Part shown: piece by piece, positions 39,560 to 48,808 of the stretch
How the letters are laid out: each line of letters starts with the position of its first letter
Position numbering within the stretch: position 1 is the stretch's first letter
Assembly: GCA_038123275.1 (NCBI GenBank)
Contig: JAYORG010000002.1
Span: 10,083-74,082 of the forward strand
Length of the DNA: 64,000 nucleotides
Reading direction: 5' to 3'
DNA from: Rickettsiales bacterium
Lineage (GTDB): Bacteria > Pseudomonadota > Alphaproteobacteria > Rickettsiales > UBA1997
Notes under the pieces: generated by a model
Seen by the model: the letters and a program-made list of their open reading frames with translations, nothing else
Database searches by the model: none
Told to the model about the DNA's origin: nothing
Translations under genes and position numbers: made by a program

Positions 39560-40384
39560 ATGACCATGACTCAAAAAAAGAAAACTGCTTTTACATTAAT
39601 TGAGCTTGCCATTGTGATTGTAATAATTGCCATTGTAATTTCTATGGTTGTTGGTAGATCTTATCTGATTGGGGTAGCTAATTTGGTTAACTTGAGATCT
39701 ATTTCAGCTTCTTCACCTATTTATGAAATATCTGATAATACTTTGTGGCTTGATGTTTCTAATAAAAATGCTTTTACGCCTTATCCAAGTGATAGGACTA
39801 TTGTAGGATCTTGGACTGATTCTAGTCCTTATTTAGAAACTAATATTGCATTTACAACAGCTTTAGGTGATGGCCCTGAATTTATATTTGATAGTGTTGA
39901 TGGTTTACCAGCTTTATATTTTGATGGTGGCGATAGAATTGATAGTGCCTCTGTTGAAGCTTTTAATTTATCTGGGCCAGATAGGTCAACAATATTTGTT
40001 GTAGTAAAGAAATATACGCAATCAGTTAATGCTGATACATTTAGAAGGACTAATTTTAAGTTTGAGCTTGATGCATCTAGTCTTAAGATTGAAAATAATG
40101 GTATTGCCGTAGGTAATTATCCTGCTAATTTTCTGGATAAGTGGAACATTATTGTTGGTAGAAATAGTGATGGCGTTGGGGATATAAGGGTTAATGGTAT
40201 TAATATTACTATGACAGATACTGATATGACTGGTGTAATGACAGGTAGTTCTGTTATGGATGTAGGAAAAGATTTAACTGGTAATATTAGAGAAATTATT
40301 ATTTTTAAAAGAGCATTAGATAATGATGAAATTGTTGATATAGAGAGTTACTTATCCAATAAATGGCAAATTGATATTGATTAG
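39560..40384 (+). CDS. pilin-like protein with LamG/concanavalin-like domain, paralog A
   Basis: 274 aa; MTMTQKKKTA then FTLIELAIVIVIIAIVISM; LWLDVSNKNAF, LPALYFDGGD, C-terminal GNIREIIIFKRALDNDEIVDIESYLSNKWQI (LamG-type ending); starts 3 nt after the cysS stop. Confidence 0.6.
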   Translation: MTMTQKKKTAFTLIELAIVIVIIAIVISMVVGRSYLIGVANLVNLRSISASSPIYEISDNTLWLDVSNKNAFTPYPSDRTIVGSWTDSSPYLETNIAFTTALGDGPEFIFDSVDGLPALYFDGGDRIDSASVEAFNLSGPDRSTIFVVVKKYTQSVNADTFRRTNFKFELDASSLKIENNGIAVGNYPANFLDKWNIIVGRNSDGVGDIRVNGINITMTDTDMTGVMTGSSVMDVGKDLTGNIREIIIFKRALDNDEIVDIESYLSNKWQIDID

Positions 40385-40388
40385 AAAT

Positions 40389-41261
40389 ATGGTAAAAAAT
40401 AACAAAAAAACAGCATTTTCAGCAATTGAAATAGCAATAGTATTAGTGTTTATAGGGCTTTTGCTTGCCGGGATATTTTTTGTTAAGGGTAATTTATTTT
40501 CTAAAGCAAAAACTAATAAGATAATTTCTGCTACTAAATATTCTGTTTTAAAGGATATGGAAGGTTTAGCTGTTTGGTTTGATGTTGCAACTAAGGAATC
40601 TTTTAAAAATAGTGAGATGGTTGAGGGTGGTGGTATTAGTGAGTGGAAAAATATTAGTCCTAATAATTATGGTGATTTTAATGTTGTGCAATCTACTTCT
40701 GATAATCAACCTAAATATCTAATGGATTCAAAAGATAATTTACCGCTAATTAGTTTTAATGGAAGTGCAGATGGATTATATACAACGGGTAATGTATATG
40801 GATATCAGTTAGCTCAAAAAAATCAGGTAACCATATTTTCTGTACAGAAATATTATGATAATAATAATGCAACTATCGGTTGGGGGGTTAACACTAATAG
40901 ATTGTTATTTCATGCAAAATATGGTTTGAATGATATAATATATTTTGATTTTGGTGATATTTCTTCTGGAGGAAGAATAAATAATTTTGCGCCAAGTAAT
41001 TTTAATGAAGACTGGAAAATATTAACATTTGTTAGAAGGGTTGATAATAATGGTCAAATTAGAATTAATGGTAGTGATTTTCTTGTGAGTAGTATGACAG
41101 ATGATTTTGATGTTACTGATGCTAGTGTTTTTATTATAGGGAATGGTGATTCTAAAACAGATTTAAGAGAAGTTATTATTTTTAAGCGTGAATTGTCAGC
41201 AAGTGAAATTGATGAAATTGAAAAATATCTATCTGACAAGTGGAATATTGATTTAGACTAG
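40389..41261 (+). CDS. pilin-like protein with LamG/concanavalin-like domain, paralog B
   Basis: Preferred ATG 40389 (MVKNNKKTA/FSAIEIAIVLVFIGLLLAG); the track ORF begins at an upstream TTG (40371). VWFDVATKESF, LPLISFNGS, TDLREVIIFKRELSASEIDEIEKYLSDKWNI. Confidence 0.6.
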   Translation: MVKNNKKTAFSAIEIAIVLVFIGLLLAGIFFVKGNLFSKAKTNKIISATKYSVLKDMEGLAVWFDVATKESFKNSEMVEGGGISEWKNISPNNYGDFNVVQSTSDNQPKYLMDSKDNLPLISFNGSADGLYTTGNVYGYQLAQKNQVTIFSVQKYYDNNNATIGWGVNTNRLLFHAKYGLNDIIYFDFGDISSGGRINNFAPSNFNEDWKILTFVRRVDNNGQIRINGSDFLVSSMTDDFDVTDASVFIIGNGDSKTDLREVIIFKRELSASEIDEIEKYLSDKWNIDLD

Positions 41262-41262
41262 A

Positions 41263-43608
41263 TTACATGATAATACAATTATCAGGCTTTTCTAGACTTT
41301 TAAAGCCATGCCCCATTAAATAATCAACCATTGCATCACTACCGCTTTGAATAGCAATATCAAGATATGATGTTTTATTTATACTTGCTTTTGATATTGA
41401 GCTTTTGGGCTTTTTGTTAAAAGAATTTTTTTGATCTTTATGTTCTAATAGAGTTGTAATAGTTGGTTTTTTTTGTATATCAGGAAGTGACAATATTAAA
41501 ACTGGTATCATTCTTTTAATATTGTCTAGATTACCATTTTGTATGGTTTGTTTTAATAGAATTTCTTGATAAGCTGGTTTTAAAGATGCTAGAGCTTTAT
41601 TGGATATATTTAAAATAAAGGATGATGTTAGTATTTCATTATTTTGATTTATAATATGTCTTGCTGCTAAGTTAATACTTTCTTGATTTAAAGAATTGCT
41701 TCTTAGTAAAAATCCTAAACTTTCAGAATTTTCTGGAACTGCTATCAAACTAACAAAACCTTTTATATTAGGGTTAGCTCCAGATTTTATTAATAATTTT
41801 ATATTTCCCAAGTAGCATTTTCCTTGTACAGCACAAAATAAAGCACTTCTACCTTCTTTATCAACAAATTCATCAAGGAATTTAGCTAAAAATTTTGGAT
41901 TTGATTTTTCTTCTTGTGCTAGATTTTTTAAATAAGGTTCTAAATGTTCTGTGCCATGATTACTACATATATTATGTATATTTCCTAATTGTTCATTTAC
42001 TTCAACCAAATTAGATAATAGTGAGATATTTTTATGTTTGAACATTACCTTTGCAATAAAGGTATTCTTTTGTGCAAAATTAAATAACTTTTTTGCTAAC
42101 ACTGATCTTTCATTGTGGCATATCTGAGTAATTATCTCATCTAAAAATATTTTATCATCTGCTTTAAATGCTCCCCATTCTTTTTTCTCTAATAAGAAGT
42201 AAAATATTTTAGGGTCATTATGTATTATTGTTGTAAGTATATTTTTGTTATAGTCTATTTTGATATTGTATTGAGTACATAGATTTGCTAAAAAATTAAC
42301 TGACTTTAAGTATCGGCCATGTGAAACAGCAAGGTCAAAGGGGTTATTTTTATTATAATCTAGCTGTGATAGTAGTTGAATTATAATGTTGCTAACCCCA
42401 ATTTTAGATTCTTGGCCTGATTTTACTAAGTCTACTTCTAGGGTTTTAATATATTTTGAAAGTGCCTTTTCATTATGGCTATTTAAACAGGCATAAGAAA
42501 AGAAGTTATGACTATTTCTATCTATGGATAATGGATTAAAGCCATTTTCAATTAAAATTCCAATAGTTTTATTATATCTTTTAGATGTTGCATATTTTAA
42601 AAAATATATATTTTGTCTTAATCTATTTAAGTTTAGACTTATATTTTCACATTGTGTAAATATATCCCTTAGATAGGCATCACCATTATTAGAATTATCT
42701 TCAATAGCATTTCTTATTAAACTACCAACATATTTAAGCAGCATTCTTTTAGCTCTTAATAATTCTCTTTTGGTATTATCTTCTTCTGGAAATAAATCTT
42801 CTGGTGTTGGAGGCATATTGCCAATTTTTTTGATCAGTAATGGTCTTAAATTTATGCCTTTTTCTTTGCATTTTGCAAAGATTAACATTAAATTTTCGTT
42901 GCTAGTATAAGTTATGGCTATATTTATTAAGAGATCGAGATATTCTATGGGTGTACTATTATTAATATTTTTTATGCTTAACTCAAATAATCTGTATATG
43001 TCTTTTTTTAATTTGCTTGTATCTCGATAGTCAAAATATTGAAAGGGGAATTCTTCCTTAATTCTAAAATAAAATCTTTCCTCATCACCTAAATATTCTT
43101 TGCTAATACAATAATAGGCTAATTTATGGTCATTTGCTATTTTAATAAAGATCATAGCCATGCTGGACAGAAAATTATTTTGCATGATATTTTCCTGCAT
43201 ATAATCATCTATGGCATCAAATATTGCCTTAATGTTATTTTGTGTTAGTATATTATGGGCTAGGCTAGCAGTAGTAGTCTTTTGATGATCTGCATTTTTA
43301 TTAACATCATTCCTATATAATTGCTCAAGGCGTAATAATTGTTGAGTTAATTTTCTTTGTTTTTCTAATTTTGGATTAACTACGACTTTAGGGCCAAAAG
43401 ATAGTCTTTCTAAGTCTATGGTACTTAAATCTAGATATTGCTCTTGATCTAGATAATCTGAAGAATCAGAGTCTGAATAGCTAGAATCTGCAAGAATATA
43501 GTTTTTAGGTTGATAATTTGAAGTATGAGGTTTTGTATATTTAGATTCTACTGCTTCAGGTTTTGGATTTTTAGATTTTGAAGTATTTTTTAATATTTCT
43601 TTTCTCAT
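41263..43608 (-). CDS. large ankyrin-repeat protein (candidate effector)
   Basis: 781 aa, no signal peptide; Ser/Asp/Tyr-rich N-terminus. ANK-like units include GRSALFCAVQGKCYLGNIKLLIKSGANPNIKG, NPFDLAVSHGRYLKSVNFLANL and SYLDIAIQSGSDAMVDYLMGHGF. Confidence 0.6.
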   Translation of the reverse strand: MRKEILKNTSKSKNPKPEAVESKYTKPHTSNYQPKNYILADSSYSDSDSSDYLDQEQYLDLSTIDLERLSFGPKVVVNPKLEKQRKLTQQLLRLEQLYRNDVNKNADHQKTTTASLAHNILTQNNIKAIFDAIDDYMQENIMQNNFLSSMAMIFIKIANDHKLAYYCISKEYLGDEERFYFRIKEEFPFQYFDYRDTSKLKKDIYRLFELSIKNINNSTPIEYLDLLINIAITYTSNENLMLIFAKCKEKGINLRPLLIKKIGNMPPTPEDLFPEEDNTKRELLRAKRMLLKYVGSLIRNAIEDNSNNGDAYLRDIFTQCENISLNLNRLRQNIYFLKYATSKRYNKTIGILIENGFNPLSIDRNSHNFFSYACLNSHNEKALSKYIKTLEVDLVKSGQESKIGVSNIIIQLLSQLDYNKNNPFDLAVSHGRYLKSVNFLANLCTQYNIKIDYNKNILTTIIHNDPKIFYFLLEKKEWGAFKADDKIFLDEIITQICHNERSVLAKKLFNFAQKNTFIAKVMFKHKNISLLSNLVEVNEQLGNIHNICSNHGTEHLEPYLKNLAQEEKSNPKFLAKFLDEFVDKEGRSALFCAVQGKCYLGNIKLLIKSGANPNIKGFVSLIAVPENSESLGFLLRSNSLNQESINLAARHIINQNNEILTSSFILNISNKALASLKPAYQEILLKQTIQNGNLDNIKRMIPVLILSLPDIQKKPTITTLLEHKDQKNSFNKKPKSSISKASINKTSYLDIAIQSGSDAMVDYLMGHGFKSLEKPDNCIIM

Positions 43609-43727
43609 AAATCTCTATTCTAAAGATTAATAAAGTAATACTAACAATCCACTATCTTTAAGGAGATTTACTTTGTCAATGATAATTATGTCAAATAATA
43701 CTAAAAATAGTATTTATGCCAATAATA

Positions 43728-45239
43728 TTATTCTTGAATTTCCATCCAAGTTAATACAGGATTTTTGGCTGCTTTAACTTCATCAAGCCTTCTTCTTGGT
43801 GTTGAAATAGGATAATTATGAAACTTATCAGTATTACCATTTTGCGTTTCTTTAGCAATGTAGATCATGGTATCAATAAATTGATCAATATCTTTTTTGC
43901 TTTCAGTTTCGGTTGGCTCAATCAGCATGGCACCATGCGTTACAAGAGGGAAGAAAACAGTCATCGGGTGGAAGCCATATTCAACCAAAGCTTTAGCAAT
44001 ATCCAAAGTTGAAACACCTTTTTCTTTTTGAATTTTATCATTAAGCAAACATTCATGCATGCAATTTCCTTTAAATGGAACATGGTAATGATCTTTTAAT
44101 TTGCTTAAAATGTAATTGGCACTTAATACGGCGTCTTGAGCTACTTGTTGCAAACCATCAGCTCCATGAGATAAAATGTAAGATAAAGCACGAACAAACA
44201 TGCCAAACTGACCATTAAAACCTTTAACTTTGCCAATACTATCTTTTGGAGCAACTAATTTGTAAGTGTCACCAACTTTTATTACATCTGGAGTTGGTAA
44301 AAATTCTTCCAATTCTTTTCTAACAGCAATTGGTCCAGAACCCGGACCACCACCACCATGTGGAGTAGAAAATGTTTTATGTAAGTTAAAATGCATGACA
44401 TCAACACCAACATCAGCTGGTTTAACTTTGCCAACAATAGCATTAAAATTAGCACCATCACAATAAAAATAACCTCCAATAGAGTGAATTACATCAGCAA
44501 TTTCTTTAACTTGTGGTTCAAATTTACCGCAAGTGTTAGGGTTGGTTAGCATAATTGCAGCAATATCTTCTTTATGTTCATTAACTATTTCTTTAAAAGC
44601 TTCAAAATCAACATTACCATTTTTTGATGGAATTTCCTTTATTTTGTAACCACACATTGCAGCTGTAGCAGGGTTAGTGCCATGAGCTGAATCTGGAATT
44701 AGGATAATTTTTCTAGCATCACCTTTTTTAGTTAAAGCCTTTCTAATAGTTAATATGCCAGCTAACTCACCTTGAGCACCAGCAGCAGGAGCTAAAGAAA
44801 CACCAGGCAGGCCAGTTAAGGTGCCTAACCAATTTTTAAGTTCATACATTACTTGTAAAGCACCTTGAATGGATGACTCATCTTGCAATGGATGAATAGA
44901 GGCAAAACCAGGTAGTCTGGCCATTTTTTCGTTAATACGTGGGTTATGTTTCATGGTGCAAGAGCCAAGCGGGTAAAAGCCAGTATCAATAGCATAATTT
45001 TGGTTAGAAAGCCTAACAAAATGACGAATTACTTGAGGTTCATTCACTTGTGCTAAACCAACTTTGCTTCTAGCTTTTTGACCAGTTCTTATTTTAAATT
45101 CAGGAATTTCTGGCAAGTCAACACCACATGCTCCTTCATCATTTTCTTTTATTAAAAGATCTGTTTCTTTATTTAGACCGACTTCTTGTGGGATAAATTG
45201 ATTTGTTGTCATGTCCATTTCTGATTTAGTTGCTCTCAT
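43728..45239 (-). CDS. gcvPB: glycine dehydrogenase (aminomethyl-transferring), subunit 2
   Basis: 503 aa; LGSCTMKHNP, PAAGAQGE, PLP-lysine context NLHKTFSTPHGGGGPG. Confidence 0.93.
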   Translation of the reverse strand: MRATKSEMDMTTNQFIPQEVGLNKETDLLIKENDEGACGVDLPEIPEFKIRTGQKARSKVGLAQVNEPQVIRHFVRLSNQNYAIDTGFYPLGSCTMKHNPRINEKMARLPGFASIHPLQDESSIQGALQVMYELKNWLGTLTGLPGVSLAPAAGAQGELAGILTIRKALTKKGDARKIILIPDSAHGTNPATAAMCGYKIKEIPSKNGNVDFEAFKEIVNEHKEDIAAIMLTNPNTCGKFEPQVKEIADVIHSIGGYFYCDGANFNAIVGKVKPADVGVDVMHFNLHKTFSTPHGGGGPGSGPIAVRKELEEFLPTPDVIKVGDTYKLVAPKDSIGKVKGFNGQFGMFVRALSYILSHGADGLQQVAQDAVLSANYILSKLKDHYHVPFKGNCMHECLLNDKIQKEKGVSTLDIAKALVEYGFHPMTVFFPLVTHGAMLIEPTETESKKDIDQFIDTMIYIAKETQNGNTDKFHNYPISTPRRRLDEVKAAKNPVLTWMEIQE

Positions 45240-45249
45240 TTCTAATTAT

Positions 45250-46536
45250 TTAAAGTATTTCTTTTAATTCTTTGACAAATTTATTAATATGTTCGTCACT
45301 TGTCATTTCAGTGGCGGCAATTAACATTTGATTATTTTCTAAAGCTAATCCACCAATAATTTTTTTCTCTAATAGTCTTTTGTTAACTTCTTTAGGATCC
45401 TTATTTAATTGGATAGTAAATTCATTAAAGAAATTGTCGTTAACAACTTTAATACCATCAATTTTTTCCAACTCATCAGCCAACTTACAAGCTTTGTGAT
45501 GGTTTAATAAGGCTAGTTTTTTAATACCAATTTCACCAAGTAAAGAAGCATGTATTGTAAAGGCAGTCGCACATAAACCTTGGTTAGAACAAATATTAGA
45601 AGTAGCTTTTTCACGCCTGATATGTTGTTCTCTAGCATTTAAAGTTAGTACATATCCTTCTTTGCCATCTTCATCTGTTGTGGCGCCACATAATCTGCCT
45701 GGCATTTGTCTAACATTCTTTTTAGCACAAGCAAAGAAACCTAAGTGAGGGCCACCAAAATTCATGCCAACTCCAATACTAGCTGCTTCACCAACAACAA
45801 TGTCAGCCTGACTTGGCGCTTCTAATAGTCCAAGAGCTAATATTTCTGTAACACAAACAATTAATAAAGCGCCAGATTCATCGCATTTGGCTCTTAAATT
45901 ATTTAAATCTTCAATATTGCCGTAAAAATCTGGATATTGTACAATTACACAAGCGCTTTGCTCATCTAAATCATCAATATTATTGCTAATTTTAGCTTCA
46001 GCTAAATCAGAAAATGTGTTTAAAACTTCACGGTAATCAGGGTTTAAATTGCCATGAATATGCACTTTATCTTGTTTTCTTTTTACCCTTAAAGACATCA
46101 ATACAGCTTCTGCCAAAGATGTAGAGCCATCATACATTGAAGCATTAGCAACCTCCATCCCACTTAATAGAGCAATAATACTTTGAAATTGGAAAATTGT
46201 AGCTAATGTGCCCTGAGAAATTTCTGGTTGGTAAGGTGTGTAAGCTGTTAAAAATTCTGATCTTTGAATTAAGTAATCAACAGATGATGGAATATGATGG
46301 TTGTAGCACCCAGCACCTAAAAAGAAAGGGCCTTGAGTTGCATTGCGATTTTTTTTGCTTAAACCTCTTAAATAAGTGTCAATTTCCATTTCACCTTGAT
46401 GAAATGGTAAGCCTTCTATTGGCTTTTTAAGTAGGTTATTGTCATTAACTGCATCATAAAGTTCATCAACGCTAGATATGCCAATATCTTGCATCATATT
46501 TTTACGATCATTATCTGTTAGTGCTAAATAGCGCAT
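45250..46536 (-). CDS. gcvPA: glycine dehydrogenase (aminomethyl-transferring), subunit 1
   Basis: Start set at MRYLALTDNDRKNMM (46536), the family-typical N-terminus; the track ORF extends 16 codons further to 46584. FLGAGCYNHHIP, YTPYQPEISQG, ATSNICSNQGL. Confidence 0.9.
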   Translation of the reverse strand: MRYLALTDNDRKNMMQDIGISSVDELYDAVNDNNLLKKPIEGLPFHQGEMEIDTYLRGLSKKNRNATQGPFFLGAGCYNHHIPSSVDYLIQRSEFLTAYTPYQPEISQGTLATIFQFQSIIALLSGMEVANASMYDGSTSLAEAVLMSLRVKRKQDKVHIHGNLNPDYREVLNTFSDLAEAKISNNIDDLDEQSACVIVQYPDFYGNIEDLNNLRAKCDESGALLIVCVTEILALGLLEAPSQADIVVGEAASIGVGMNFGGPHLGFFACAKKNVRQMPGRLCGATTDEDGKEGYVLTLNAREQHIRREKATSNICSNQGLCATAFTIHASLLGEIGIKKLALLNHHKACKLADELEKIDGIKVVNDNFFNEFTIQLNKDPKEVNKRLLEKKIIGGLALENNQMLIAATEMTSDEHINKFVKELKEIL

Positions 46537-46624
46537 TTTTTTAATAAAGTAATTGAAATTGTTTAAAGAAGAGACAAAATACAACGATATTACTAATTAT
46601 TCAACATTTTTTTTAAAGTGAAGC

Positions 46625-48370
46625 ATGGGCAAGATTAACAAATCAAAATTACCTTCAAGATACGTAACTAATTCTCATGGCTGTGAGGGTAGAAAAACCA
46701 TGATGTACAACATTAAAACCGATCTTTACCCAGACGGTTTAACGGAAAGTGATCTACAAAAACCAATCATTGGCGTTTCTAGTGCCTGGAATGAGGCAGC
46801 ACCTTGTAACATTGCTTTACAAAGACAAGCTCAGCCAGCTAAAAAAGGTGTTAAAGAAGCTGGTGGAACTCCAAGAGAATTTACCACAATTACAGTAACT
46901 GACGGCATTGCCAATGGTCATCAAGGTATGAAATCTTCATTAGTTTCAAGAGAAGTTATTGCTGACAGTGTAGAAGTTACCGTAAGAGGGCATTGTTACG
47001 ATGGTTTAGTTGCTTTAGCAGGGTGCGATAAATCTCTTCCTGGCATGATGATGTCAATGGTGCGTTTAAATGTTCCCAGTGTATTTATGTATGGTGGTTC
47101 AATTTTACCTGGTCGCTTTAAGGGGCGTGATGTAACAATTGTTGACGTATTTGAAGGGGTAGGGCAAAAAGATGCAGGTAAATTAAGCCAAACAGATTTA
47201 GATTTACTAGCAAAGGCGGCTTGTCCTAGTGCTGGTGCTTGTGGTGGTCAATTCACAGCTAACACCATGGCTTGTGTAAGTGAAGCAATTGGTTTAGCTC
47301 TTCCAGGTTCGGCTGGCACTCCAGCACCTTACGAGTCAAGAGACGAATATGCTTATCAGTCGGGCAAAGCAGTGATGCAATTAATAGAAAAAAACATTAG
47401 ACCAAGAGACATCGTAACTAGAAAAGCCTTAGAAAATGCCGCCACAATAGTTGCAGCCACAGGTGGCTCAACAAATGCCGCCTTACATTTGCCAGCAATT
47501 GCTAATGAATGTGGTGTAGATTTTGACATTTTTGACGTTGGAGAAATTTTCAAAAAAACTCCTTACATTGCCGACTTAAAACCAGGTGGAAAATATGTTG
47601 CTAAAGATTTATTCGAAGCTGGTGGTGTACAGATGATTTTAAAACTTCTATTTGATGCTGGTTACATACATGGCGATTGCTTAACTGTAACTGGCAAAAC
47701 AATGAAGGAAAATTTAAAAGGAATTTTATTTAATGAAGATCAAGATGTAGTTTACTTACCATCAAAACCACTTTCACCAACTGGAGGTGTAGTTACTTTA
47801 CAAGGTAATTTAGCTGTTGATGGTGCAATTGTAAAAGTTGCTGGCATGGATAAAGATAAATTAGTCTTTAAAGGTGCAGCTCGTTGCTTTGAAAGCGAAG
47901 AAGAATGTTTTAGCGCAGTTGAAAAGAAAAAATACAAAGAGGGTGACGTACTAATTATTAGAAATGAAGGTCCAAAAGGCGGCCCTGGAATGCGTGAAAT
48001 GCTAGCCACAACAGCAGCAATTTATGGTCAAGGCATGGGTGATAAAGTTGCCCTAATTACCGATGGTAGGTTTTCTGGTGGTACAAGAGGCTTTTGTATT
48101 GGCCATGTTAGCCCAGAAGCAGCAGATGGTGGAGTTATTGCTCTTCTTCAAGATGGTGATCGTATCATTATTGATGCCGTTAAAGGCACCATCAATGTCG
48201 ATTTAAGCGATAAAGAACTAGAAACAAGAAAAGCCAAATGGCAAGCCAAACAACATGACTACCAATCCGGCGCTTTATGGCGCTATTCCAAAAATGTTGG
48301 CAGTGCCAGATTTGGTGCTGTAACTCACCCAGGTGCCAAAAAAGAAGTAAAATGCTACGCTGACATTTAG
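46625..48370 (+). CDS. ilvD: dihydroxy-acid dehydratase
   Basis: 581 aa; [48 protein letters not shown]. Confidence 0.93.
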   Translation: MGKINKSKLPSRYVTNSHGCEGRKTMMYNIKTDLYPDGLTESDLQKPIIGVSSAWNEAAPCNIALQRQAQPAKKGVKEAGGTPREFTTITVTDGIANGHQGMKSSLVSREVIADSVEVTVRGHCYDGLVALAGCDKSLPGMMMSMVRLNVPSVFMYGGSILPGRFKGRDVTIVDVFEGVGQKDAGKLSQTDLDLLAKAACPSAGACGGQFTANTMACVSEAIGLALPGSAGTPAPYESRDEYAYQSGKAVMQLIEKNIRPRDIVTRKALENAATIVAATGGSTNAALHLPAIANECGVDFDIFDVGEIFKKTPYIADLKPGGKYVAKDLFEAGGVQMILKLLFDAGYIHGDCLTVTGKTMKENLKGILFNEDQDVVYLPSKPLSPTGGVVTLQGNLAVDGAIVKVAGMDKDKLVFKGAARCFESEEECFSAVEKKKYKEGDVLIIRNEGPKGGPGMREMLATTAAIYGQGMGDKVALITDGRFSGGTRGFCIGHVSPEAADGGVIALLQDGDRIIIDAVKGTINVDLSDKELETRKAKWQAKQHDYQSGALWRYSKNVGSARFGAVTHPGAKKEVKCYADI

Positions 48371-48391
48371 CAATTACCTTACCTCCTAACG

Positions 48392-48454
48392 GATTGGGGC
48401 CAATGACTAAAAAGTCATGAACCAAAGGTTCATAATTTTTTGCTTTGACCCCTT
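48392..48454. repeat. dispersed nested-palindromic element, copy B
   Basis: gattggggccaatgactaaaaagtcatgaaccaaaggttcataattttttgctttgacccctt; differs from copy A (33635-33698) at a handful of positions; 22 nt after the ilvD stop; followed by hairpin CTTCGC-ttatgtg-GCGAAG (48452-48470). Confidence 0.75.
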
Positions 48455-48536
48455 CGCTTATGTGGCGAAGCCAGGCTTCAAAAAAAGATATTAGTTTAAA
48501 ACCATTCAACCATCCAAATATTAACCTAATTTTTTT

Positions 48537-48569
48537 AGTTACTGCCCACAAGGCAGTAACTATTTAAAT
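48537..48569 (+). repeat. hairpin-plus-tail element, copy 1 (possible ilvD terminator)
   Basis: AGTTACTGCC-cacaa-GGCAGTAACT 10-bp stem, then atttaaat; the 18-mer ggcagtaactatttaaat (48552-48569) recurs exactly at 48684-48701. Confidence 0.5.
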
Positions 48570-48671
48570 TTAATAACTTCTTTGTTTTGACTCCTTGTTA
48601 AAAGGGATAAAGTCAGTTCACAGCAAAAACTTTTTTAATATTAAGCTTAAACTATTAACCCAATTTTTATC

Positions 48672-48701
48672 TATTGCCCTGTCGGCAGTAACTATTTAAA
48701 T
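48672..48701 (+). repeat. hairpin-plus-tail element, copy 2 (degenerate 5' arm)
   Basis: tattgcc-ctgtc-ggcagta (7 bp with one G-U) followed by the same actatttaaat tail; exact 18-nt repeat of 48552-48569. Confidence 0.5.
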
Positions 48702-48720
48702 CTACAAAAATCCATTAATA

Positions 48721-48802
48721 ATTTAAGTTGCAACTTAAATAAGTTATGTTATTATATAAGTTATAACTTTAATTAATTAACTTAATATTTAAGCTACAAC
48801 TT
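48721..48802 (+). promoter_or_regulatory. three AAGTT/AACTT palindromes upstream of the XRE gene (candidate operators)
   Basis: Perfect 20-bp palindrome atttaagttgcaacttaaat (48721-48740), perfect 12-bp aagttataactt (48758-48769) and imperfect aagctacaactt (48791-48802). TTGCAA lies inside the first, with a TATA-rich stretch before the second. Confidence 0.45.
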
Positions 48803-48808
48803 AATAAT

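Noticed and set aside
46537-46624. Possible glycine riboswitch in the gcvPA-ilvD divergent spacer
   Set aside because: The 88-bp AT-rich spacer must also hold two promoters. I found none of the conserved GGAGAG/CACCG-type glycine aptamer core sequences. Such riboswitches normally precede gcvT, which is absent here.
48192-48551. 119-aa minus-strand ORF spanning the ilvD 3' end and the repeat region; also the 64-aa ORF at 48769-48963 antisense to the XRE gene
   Set aside because: These overlap the strongly supported ilvD and XRE CDSs and run through palindromic repeats. No motif or start signal supports them.
48371-48808. tRNA gene, tmRNA or integration att site at a tRNA in the long spacer after ilvD
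   Set aside because: No cloverleaf-compatible sequence, no GTTCGAATC-like T-arm and no CCA end. The G+C-rich parts are explained by the palindromic repeat elements.
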